64,000 nt of DNA from an uncultured Pseudobdellovibrionaceae bacterium (GTDB lineage: Bacteria > Bdellovibrionota > Bdellovibrionia > Bdellovibrionales > JAGQZY01), in NCBI GenBank assembly GCA_964400355.1, contig CAYNTO010000011.1, forward strand, positions 8,992-72,991. Direction: 5' to 3'. Positions 43,832 to 51,484 of the stretch are shown here, one piece after another. The notes beneath the pieces are model-generated. The model had not been told where the DNA came from. It saw only the letters and a list, made by a program, of their open reading frames with translations, and did no database searches. Every line of letters starts with the position of its first letter. Position 1 is the first letter of the stretch. The translations under genes were made by a program, and so were the position numbers.

Positions 43832-44902
43832 ATGATGCAAATGCGTTTTCAGTTTCCACTCATTTTAGTTCTCTTTGCGGTTGCGTGTAGCACGGGCAAA
43901 CAGTGGAAAAGTGAACCAGTGGCCGTACATTCCTTAGTTCAGCCCATCAGCAACTTCGTCGCTGCAATGAATGCATCCAACTGCACGGCCACGGTGCCAG
44001 CGTTGCGCTCCTACTTGGAATCTCTTGACCTTTCTAAATATAAATTAGATCGCGAGCTGCAAAATCATCTGTTTCAGATGCGTTTGAATATCAAACACGT
44101 CTTTGCCGAGGGTGTAAATTCCCAGTCAGAATCGCTGTGCACACCTATGGCCAAACAGGCTCTTGTGGACTTGCGTACGCTGGATGAGTCTTTAGGTTTC
44201 CAGCTCCTCCCAGCAAGCGAGCGCAGCCCCGCATCGTCATCTGTGAGCCCAGCCTCGCTGTTCACCGATTCGCACCGCCAATTGGTTGCCAATAAATATC
44301 GCGACGACGGTGTATCGAGCCTGATGGATTTAAAAACCGCCGATATTCTTTTGCTCCACCGCAGTGGAACACAACCGTTATTGGAGCAGACGGGTGCGGA
44401 CTGGACCGACGTGCTCGTGGTTTTTCGCGACAACGAAGGCGAAATTTATTTTTTCTTCGCCCATGACAAAAAAGTTCTCCGCCGGGGCTGGTATCAAGCC
44501 AGCGACTGGATCAAGAGATCCGCGAGCAGACTTCACGTGTTACGACCTATCGATCCACCGAGTGGGGACACCATCGAGCGTTTACAAAACCGCGTGCTTA
44601 AAAACCCTTACGCCTTTGGCGATCTGATCAAAAAAGAATTCAAGCTCAAAGCCGCAAGCACAGCTTTGCCCGGCGTCGGCGACGTGGTGTTGGGAATGGA
44701 TCTGGAACTCAGTCCAAGTCTGGTGAGCATTTCGGAGTGGAAGGATTATTCGGCAGCCTACAACGCGCGCGTGATCTCGCAGCAACCGGCAGCTGTTCCT
44801 GCACCAAATGCCATTCAAAGACTACCTGATAACTTATTGCCAAAGTCGCCGCAGCGGAGCTATCTCGACGAGAAGACTGTTCGCGGGACTATGAGTTACT
44901 GA
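43832..44902 (+). CDS. hypothetical lipoprotein (356 aa)
   Basis: Lipobox 'LFAVACST'. No family recognised. Confidence 0.55.
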   Translation: MMQMRFQFPLILVLFAVACSTGKQWKSEPVAVHSLVQPISNFVAAMNASNCTATVPALRSYLESLDLSKYKLDRELQNHLFQMRLNIKHVFAEGVNSQSESLCTPMAKQALVDLRTLDESLGFQLLPASERSPASSSVSPASLFTDSHRQLVANKYRDDGVSSLMDLKTADILLLHRSGTQPLLEQTGADWTDVLVVFRDNEGEIYFFFAHDKKVLRRGWYQASDWIKRSASRLHVLRPIDPPSGDTIERLQNRVLKNPYAFGDLIKKEFKLKAASTALPGVGDVVLGMDLELSPSLVSISEWKDYSAAYNARVISQQPAAVPAPNAIQRLPDNLLPKSPQRSYLDEKTVRGTMSY

Positions 44903-44903
44903 T

Positions 44904-45377
44904 CTATTGTTTGCACTGCTTATCGGGAATGCGATAAGTACCTTTTGAGGCCGTAAGAATTTCTGCGGATTCGAACTTTCCCGTGCGCACTAACGCAGTT
45001 TCATTGAGCCATTTTTTGGAACAGTGAAAAATAATGTCCGCAATCCCATCGTGTCCCGTCTTCTGAATCAAAGATCCGCCAGCAATTTGCAAAAGCACAT
45101 CCTGATTTTTTATTTCTTTGAGGACTTCAAGGCCGTAATCGCAGAAAAACTGAAGACGAAGTCGGCAGTAGCCTTCTCTATTGTTCTTCTCTTTATAAAA
45201 GAAGCCGAAAGAATTATTCCCGGGCATTAAATCCTTTTCTTCAGAAGTTTGTGAAAGAAAAACATTTGCGCCCAGTGGAACGATACCTTTACGGGTGGTG
45301 CGCTGCTTGAGCATGATTTCTTCTGCGGAGGTCGTGGGTGCATGGAGTAGAAGAGTGAGTATAAATATTATCGGCAT
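44904..45377 (-). CDS. hypothetical small secreted protein (157 aa), AT-richer than surroundings
   Basis: It has a signal peptide and 5 Cys. GC spot count at 45061-45120 is 21/60. Confidence 0.45.
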   Translation of the reverse strand: MPIIFILTLLLHAPTTSAEEIMLKQRTTRKGIVPLGANVFLSQTSEEKDLMPGNNSFGFFYKEKNNREGYCRLRLQFFCDYGLEVLKEIKNQDVLLQIAGGSLIQKTGHDGIADIIFHCSKKWLNETALVRTGKFESAEILTASKGTYRIPDKQCKQ

Positions 45378-45454
45378 AAAACATTTTAGCGACTGCGGTG
45401 CAACCTTGCAAACGAACTTTTGGCTATATGATCCATAGTTGGAATTGCGACGCT

Positions 45455-45967
45455 TTACTTAGAGCCAATGACAACAGCCGGGGTCACCAGCCATTGGAGT
45501 TTAGCGCGCTTTTCCAGGAGTGGTTCGGTCAATAGGAAAGACGACACGCCGCCCTTTTTCATTTCGAATTCGGCATAGTGTTTTACCGAAATTCCGGTGA
45601 TGTAGCAAATGAGATGGGAAAGGTGTGGTTCATGCCCACAAATCACCGCGCGTTTCCATTTCATGCTGTCGAGCTTTTTACAAATCGCTTCGGGGGGATG
45701 GGTCGGGTCGAGTTCGGGGAGCACAATGTGTTTTTTAAAATCCAGATCCTCACACAGGATCTCCACAGTTTGTTGGGAGCGGGTAAGAGGGCTTTCACAC
45801 AAAAAATCAATTTCCGAAATTTGACACGCCAGCCATTTCGAAATTTTTCGGAATTTTTTAATTCCTTTTTCTGCAAGCGGGCGTTTGGAGTCGGGCAGGC
45901 CGGTTTTTTGAAAATCTTCGCGGTCTTCTGCAACTGCGTGGCGAACAATGATGAGCTCTCGTTTCAT
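45455..45967 (-). CDS. SixA-like phosphohistidine phosphatase (histidine phosphatase superfamily)
   Basis: The N-terminal 'LIIVRHAVAE' RH motif, ~170 aa size and 'VICGHEPHLS' are consistent with SixA. Confidence 0.65.
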   Translation of the reverse strand: MKRELIIVRHAVAEDREDFQKTGLPDSKRPLAEKGIKKFRKISKWLACQISEIDFLCESPLTRSQQTVEILCEDLDFKKHIVLPELDPTHPPEAICKKLDSMKWKRAVICGHEPHLSHLICYITGISVKHYAEFEMKKGGVSSFLLTEPLLEKRAKLQWLVTPAVVIGSK

Positions 45968-46123
45968 AGTGCTATTCTAGGGGTAAAACATATGGTCGTA
46001 CATCCTTTTTATGCGTTGCCGGGTTTAAAATGACCGCATCCAAACACTCTCAAGTTTTGCCAAAGAGGATGACCGAACTTTTCAACAGATGATTGAAGTG
46101 AACGAAGGTATGCATTAGACTTG

Positions 46124-46660
46124 ATGGATATGTCATTTCAAATGAGTGAAGCCCAGCCCAAGGATATTCCGCACATTGTTCAACTGGTGGAGTCTGTTTA
46201 TCGGGGAGAATCCTCACAGGAGGGCTGGACAACCGAGGCCGATCTGCTCAGTGGACAACGCACCGATCCCGTAATGATCGGTGACATGATCGACGATCCC
46301 AACAGCGCTCTGTTGGTATATCGCTCAAGCGAAGAAATTCAGGCCTGTGTGTATCTCGAGCGCAAAGAGGGCCACGTTCTCCTGGGTATGCTTTCTGTGA
46401 AAGCGAAACTCCAAGGTCAGCAGCTGGGACAAAAGATTATTTCCTACTGTGAGCAGTACATTGCCGACAACTGGGGTTTGTCGTTGATAAAAATTCATGT
46501 GCTTTGGCAGCGCAAAGAACTCATTGCCTGGTACGAGCGGCGCGGGTTCAAAAAAACTGGTAACACCAAGCCATTTCCTGCTGATCCCAAGTTTGGAATT
46601 CCCAAGGTGAGCGATCTCTATTTCATCGAAATGGAAGTATCATTTCCGGAACGGAAATGA
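46124..46660 (+). CDS. GNAT-family N-acetyltransferase
   Basis: It has the 'VKAKLQGQQLGQKII' acetyl-CoA-binding motif and 'WYERRGFKKTG'. Confidence 0.75.
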   Translation: MDMSFQMSEAQPKDIPHIVQLVESVYRGESSQEGWTTEADLLSGQRTDPVMIGDMIDDPNSALLVYRSSEEIQACVYLERKEGHVLLGMLSVKAKLQGQQLGQKIISYCEQYIADNWGLSLIKIHVLWQRKELIAWYERRGFKKTGNTKPFPADPKFGIPKVSDLYFIEMEVSFPERK

Positions 46661-46670
46661 TTGAAAATCC

Positions 46671-46693
46671 ATCCACTACCGCCGGTAGTGGAT
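46671..46693. terminator. 23-bp palindrome between convergent GNAT and osmC genes
   Basis: atccactaccg (46671-46681) and cggtagtggat (46683-46693). Confidence 0.55.
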
Positions 46694-46703
46694 GAATCGA
46701 TAC

Positions 46704-47132
46704 TTAAACCAGTTTCGCATCCAAAGTGATTTCGCACTTGAGCAGTTTCGAAACTGGGCAGCCTTTTTTAGACTTGTCCGCCAACGACTTCAATGTTTCG
46801 GCATCAATTCCAGGAACTTTCGCTTTTAATACTAAATGGGAAGCGGTGATTTCAAAACCATCGCCTATTTTTTCCAGAGTGATTTCGGCTGTGGTGTCCA
46901 TTTGCTCGGCGGTGAAATTGGCTTCGCCTAAGATTTTTGAAAGTGCCATTGTGAAGCAGCCAGCGTGGGCCGCGCCAATCAGTTCTTCAGGATTTGTTCC
47001 CTTGTCTCCAGTGAAGCGAGTATTAAAACCGTAGGGTTGCTCCGCTAGCGCTCCGCTTTCGGTAGTAATAGTGCCTTTTCCGTCTTTGATTCCGCCACGC
47101 CAAACAACAGAGGCCTTCTTCACGATTTTCAT
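46704..47132 (-). CDS. osmC: OsmC-family peroxiredoxin
   Basis: 142 aa. 'GAAHAGCFTMAL' and 'KKGCPVSKLL' carry the two conserved Cys. Confidence 0.85.
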   Translation of the reverse strand: MKIVKKASVVWRGGIKDGKGTITTESGALAEQPYGFNTRFTGDKGTNPEELIGAAHAGCFTMALSKILGEANFTAEQMDTTAEITLEKIGDGFEITASHLVLKAKVPGIDAETLKSLADKSKKGCPVSKLLKCEITLDAKLV

Positions 47133-47311
47133 ACATTCTCCTTAGTGAAAGTGGTTGCTGTACTTTTGCGTCACATTACCATGAAAAGCAGCGTTCAGGG
47201 ACGAGATTGACGTTAGGAGGCGCGGCGCAATGTTGCGAAAACGCCACGAGTGTCCGCGCTGTGCACTTGACCCCGCGTGGTGACTCAGTAAAGTGAAGTG
47301 GAGGTGACTTC

Positions 47312-47986
47312 GTGGCGCCATTTTTATTTTTTTTGTACTTGCTGATTTTTTTATTCGAGAAAGGCCATGCAATGGACATTCATGTGCACCATGAAAAGCC
47401 CTTTTACGCGTATGAATTTACAACGCCAAAAAACTGGAAGAGTCAAAAGTGGAGTGAATCCAGCCAACGCTTTCTTCCCCCAACAAATATCGACATTCAT
47501 TTCGAGGTGCCGCCAAGTCTGGACACCATAGCATTGGAGCGTGTGCCCGCAGAGGATGTTGAGTGGCGTGTGAAAGAAGAGGGAGAGAATGCTCACGGAG
47601 TCACTTACAAGGCGGTGTACCTTAAGGGCTGGGCCGCTTCGGGGTATTTGCTGTCGCGGGAGCGCTTGAAGATTTATCTAATAGACGCGGTGGGCGAGCA
47701 CCGTGAGTTCGGATTGTCAGGGTCGCAGTTGCTCGAACAGGCGCGAGACAGCTTCTCATTTATAAATCCCGACCATCTGCTCGAAAAGGATGTTCGCCGC
47801 TTGCTGTTGGCTTCGGACTACAGAAAACTGCTGACCGATACCGACGCGCAGTTAAAGGCCACCACGGCATTTCAGATTGTCACGCAGGGTGATAAATATG
47901 TGGTGAGCTTTAAGGGACTGCGGGGCGGTCCGATTTTTCATATATTTAAGAAAGATCTTAGGATTGTTCACTTCAATAAAAAATAA
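47312..47986 (+). CDS. hypothetical protein with N-terminal hydrophobic leader
   Basis: GTG start 7 nt after a GGAGG. No family recognised. Confidence 0.5.
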   Translation: MAPFLFFLYLLIFLFEKGHAMDIHVHHEKPFYAYEFTTPKNWKSQKWSESSQRFLPPTNIDIHFEVPPSLDTIALERVPAEDVEWRVKEEGENAHGVTYKAVYLKGWAASGYLLSRERLKIYLIDAVGEHREFGLSGSQLLEQARDSFSFINPDHLLEKDVRRLLLASDYRKLLTDTDAQLKATTAFQIVTQGDKYVVSFKGLRGGPIFHIFKKDLRIVHFNKK

Positions 47987-48008
47987 ATATCTTTTACTTT
48001 CAGATGCC

Positions 48009-48341
48009 TTAGCTTCTAAAAATAAAAAACACCGCACCCACCAAACAAAAACTCGCCCACAGGTAATCGAGCTTTAACGGAGTTTTCATATAGAGTACCG
48101 CGAAGCCCGCGAACACGATCATAGTGATCACTTCCTGCATAATTTTGAGTTGCGGAAGAGTGAAATGGTCGGAGCCCCAGCGGTTTGCGGGCACCTGGAG
48201 CACATACTCAAAAAAAGCGATGCCCCACGAAACCAAAATGACAATGTAGATGGGAGAGGTTTTAAAGCCTTTGAGATGGCCGTACCACGCGAAGGTCATA
48301 AACACATTAGAGAGAAACAAGAGAGCAATGGGTAAATACAT
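48009..48341 (-). CDS. DMT-superfamily small membrane protein (DUF486)
   Basis: 110 aa. 'LSNVFMTFAWYGHLK' and 4 TMs match the DUF486 family pattern. Confidence 0.7.
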   Translation of the reverse strand: MYLPIALLFLSNVFMTFAWYGHLKGFKTSPIYIVILVSWGIAFFEYVLQVPANRWGSDHFTLPQLKIMQEVITMIVFAGFAVLYMKTPLKLDYLWASFCLVGAVFFIFRS

Positions 48342-48614
48342 TTTCCCATTGTGTCTGATGGGTGTGGGAGGTCCAGGTTTGGCGCGCTGTGGCTGCTCGG
48401 AAAGCGGCGCCTGCGGGGTTTTTCAGCAATTTACCCGACCTTTGGCAAATGTCTCACTTTGAGACAATAAAAAACGGGCAATTGAACTCAATTAACGACT
48501 AAAATAACAACAAGGTGTTAAGGATTGATACATCTTTTCACAACAGCATCTTGTTAATAGCGTCTGAGTTGGTATGTGGTTCGCAGGTGTATATGTTATC
48601 TAAGGGGGAGAACC

Positions 48615-49217
48615 ATGAAAAACGAACGTAAGGTCATTCCATTTACCAAACCATTTAAAAAGAATCTTGTGCGCACATCCATCAATGACGTGAGAGCTGC
48701 GGCCACGGGCACAATAGCTTTTATTCTGCTGATGATGGTGGGATTCAACTTTCAAATGTTTCAGGGTTCCAATGTCACAGAAGCGAATGCGACACAGTCG
48801 CAACGTGGACTTGCCAGTGTGCCCAAGGTACTCGCTCCACAGTGGAAAAAAAGCCTTTCTGAATTGGGTCAAAAAGAGATGGTGCAAAAGGCCAGTCGTC
48901 CATCGGCCATCGATTCACTCACTTACGGCTATCTTAAAGGAAATTATTCGTTCACGGTTGAAAAAGGCGCTGTAAAAAGTATCCATTTTTCGAACGCCAG
49001 TGAAGCGCAGCCACAAGTTGTGGGTGATCGCCAAAAATTTATCAACGATCATGCCTCGGCCATCGCTCCCGATCTGCAGAGCATCAGTAGTGCTCAGCGC
49101 GAAGTTTCAGAAAAAGGTGTGCGCGAGATCTACAATCTTAAAACATCCACAGCTACAAAGACAGTGGTGTTCGAGCTCGACAAAAATAATGGATTGATCG
49201 GTATAGCCGTACAGTAA
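48615..49217 (+). CDS. hypothetical membrane-anchored protein
   Basis: ATG 48615 follows a GGGGGAG RBS. It has one TM ('GTIAFILLMMVGF'). Confidence 0.5.
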   Translation: MKNERKVIPFTKPFKKNLVRTSINDVRAAATGTIAFILLMMVGFNFQMFQGSNVTEANATQSQRGLASVPKVLAPQWKKSLSELGQKEMVQKASRPSAIDSLTYGYLKGNYSFTVEKGAVKSIHFSNASEAQPQVVGDRQKFINDHASAIAPDLQSISSAQREVSEKGVREIYNLKTSTATKTVVFELDKNNGLIGIAVQ

Positions 49218-49420
49218 GTCCTAAGTCCTGTCGACGACTTCGGCAAAAGAATTCCAATTACCGCTTATTAAATTGGGAAAAAGTGTACAACTTTTTCCCA
49301 TTTTTTATTGTGCGGCCATAAATTCCTGTATGTGTAAAAAAATACAAATCGATCATTAAAATCGCGGGTCTAAGCCACGTATCCACCGATAGGTTTTCTA
49401 TACCTAGAGGAGTGTCGTCG

Positions 49421-50188
49421 ATGAAACCTGGATTTAAAATACTCTTAATCGCCCTAATCAGTGCCCTTATCACCGCGTGCTCTCAACAAGGTAGTGACTA
49501 CGTGAGCCTCGATGATCGTTTGGTACCAGTGGAAACCGGTGATCCCCAGGCGAGTCAAGATGTAGAAGAAGAACAGGTGGGTGGTGATGTGAGTAAGCCC
49601 CCAACCACGCCCGTGCCCGCCACGCCAACGCCTGCACCTGTGGTCACATTGCGTGAAAAAATTCTGATGAATTCCGATGTTTCCGAGAAAGCTCTCGACA
49701 ATGCGTTTAAGTATTTCGACGCGCATCAATCTGTGATTCGCAATAAAAACTTTATGACCATTTTTGATATCGGCCAGCACTCCGGTAAGCGTCGTTTTTA
49801 TATGATCGATCTTAAAACGGGCGTTGTGAAAGCCATGCACACCGCCCACGGCAATGGCTCTGACCCAGACCACGACGGTATTGCCACTCTTTTTTCTAAC
49901 GTTTCCGGATCTAAAAAGTCCTCACTGGGATTTATGCTCACCGCCGAAGAGTACGTTGGCAAGCACGGTGGGTCTATGCGTCTCGATGGCCAAGAAGATC
50001 GCAACAGCAAAGTGCGATCGCGCGCCATCGTGGTCCACAGCGCAAGCTACGTCGATCCCTCACTTAGCAAAATGGGTCGCAGTGAAGGCTGCCCTGCAGT
50101 TGCACTGGCCAACATCAAAGACGTGGTTGCCAAACTCAAAAACGGCTCCCTCTTCTACATCTACCACAAAGACTACGACGGCAAATAA
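49421..50188 (+). CDS. L,D-transpeptidase catalytic-domain family lipoprotein (YkuD_2 type)
   Basis: ATG 49421 lies 9 nt after AGAGGA. Lipobox 'ALITACSQ'. 'RFYMIDLKTG...HTAHGNGSD', 'SSLGFMLT' and 'VVHSASYV....GRSEGCPAV' (catalytic Cys) are present. Confidence 0.75.
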   Translation: MKPGFKILLIALISALITACSQQGSDYVSLDDRLVPVETGDPQASQDVEEEQVGGDVSKPPTTPVPATPTPAPVVTLREKILMNSDVSEKALDNAFKYFDAHQSVIRNKNFMTIFDIGQHSGKRRFYMIDLKTGVVKAMHTAHGNGSDPDHDGIATLFSNVSGSKKSSLGFMLTAEEYVGKHGGSMRLDGQEDRNSKVRSRAIVVHSASYVDPSLSKMGRSEGCPAVALANIKDVVAKLKNGSLFYIYHKDYDGK

Positions 50189-50214
50189 AGGTGCCAGGCA
50201 CCTTTTAGTCTAGC
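50188..50214. repeat. 27-bp repeat copy 1 (hairpin-terminator module), partner at 51458-51484 in inverted orientation
   Basis: aaggtgccaggcaccttttagtctagc. Its core aaggtgcc/ggcacctt hairpin plus TTTT acts as the terminator of the Ldt gene. Confidence 0.9.
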
Positions 50215-50426
50215 ACAGCGTCGAAGCCCTGACGGCATTCAATAGGTTTATCTATAGCTTTCGAATTCGAAAATGGGTCATGGGCGCGCGAAGATCACAC
50301 GCACGCTCGGCCCACTCGTAAAATTTACAAACCGTCACAGTAATTCTCATTTTCCCAGCATTCTCGGGTATTGAATCACTCACAACCAAAACCATTGCGG
50401 CGAATGACCGCGTTTAAGGAGTTCCT

Positions 50427-51392
50427 GTGAAGTCTTTATTAATAGCTTTAATGTGCTCGTTCGTAGCTACGCCATCTTTTGCGCAAATTGACGACCATAC
50501 AAAACTCGATCAACTTACTGCCGGTACGGAGCCGTTCTTTGATCAGTCGACGATCGGTACAATCTACTTCGTCGACGATGAACTTACAAAAACAGCCAAC
50601 TCTCTTGATTTCTCGAAAGTTCGCAAACTCGTCGCCGACCTCAATAACATCGAATCGGTGTGGTCTATCGATAAAGCGGAAGTGTGCGATTCTTTGTCAC
50701 TCTCTACAGCGGCTCAAGGCGCTTGCCTCACGCGCAATTTGGAGTTGGGCTTGGCACATTTCTTTTCCGCCTTTCAAAAAACAAAACGCGTACTGCGCGC
50801 AAAAGGCGATGAAGGCATTCAGGCAGCGATCAACCTGTCTGACGCGGTAAAAGCGCTGACCAAGTATGAGTCGTTGATGTGCGATCTCGAGAATGCCGCG
50901 TGGTGGGGTGGTTCGGGCCAAGGCATTGTGACTTATGGATGCTTGATGGCCGTTACCGAGAAAGGCAATCAAATGCTCACCAATCTTCGCGCCATGGCGA
51001 CAGATGCCACTCACCAAGACGTAGCGAACGCTCAAAGCATTGGTAAGAGCACGATTCTCGACACGGCTACGCTTCAGAGCGGACTCAAGAATGCGCAAGA
51101 ATACACAAAGTGGATGGAAGAATACGTAGCAGAGCAGATTCCCAAGTTCTTCGGAGAAATTTCTGAAGAGGCGCAGAAATCTACTCGTGAAATGCTCGAC
51201 GCCTCCACAGTACTTTTCGCACAAGCCTCCAATTCCTACTGCAAAGCCTACGTGAGCATCGTAGTACCAACGTTCAAAGATCAAGCCAAATACGGCGACC
51301 GCATCAACACCGTCTGCCTCCGCGATATCAACAACCAACGCGGACAAGACCTCAACAAAATTGGATCCACCCTCACCACCACCGAAGAGTAA
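50427..51392 (+). CDS. secreted protein with repeated DUF1311 / LprI (lysozyme-inhibitor)-like Cys-pair modules (tentative)
   Basis: GTG start 5 nt after AAGGAG, with a signal peptide ending 'SFAQ'. Three segments each carry a Cys pair followed by '...R/N..L' (e.g. 'YESLMCDLENAAWWGGSGQGIVTYGCLMAVTEKGNQMLTNL'). Confidence 0.4.
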   Translation: MKSLLIALMCSFVATPSFAQIDDHTKLDQLTAGTEPFFDQSTIGTIYFVDDELTKTANSLDFSKVRKLVADLNNIESVWSIDKAEVCDSLSLSTAAQGACLTRNLELGLAHFFSAFQKTKRVLRAKGDEGIQAAINLSDAVKALTKYESLMCDLENAAWWGGSGQGIVTYGCLMAVTEKGNQMLTNLRAMATDATHQDVANAQSIGKSTILDTATLQSGLKNAQEYTKWMEEYVAEQIPKFFGEISEEAQKSTREMLDASTVLFAQASNSYCKAYVSIVVPTFKDQAKYGDRINTVCLRDINNQRGQDLNKIGSTLTTTEE

Positions 51393-51457
51393 GAAGCTCT
51401 ACAAGAAATACATTTCAAAATAAACAAAGCACCACACCCGCGTCCAGTCGACGCGGG

Positions 51458-51484
51458 GCTAGACTAAAAGGTGCCTGGCACCTT
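51458..51484. repeat. 27-bp repeat copy 2 (exact reverse complement of 50188-50214); terminator of putA
   Basis: gctagactaaaaggtgcctggcacctt. It overlaps the putA stop codon region. Confidence 0.9.
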
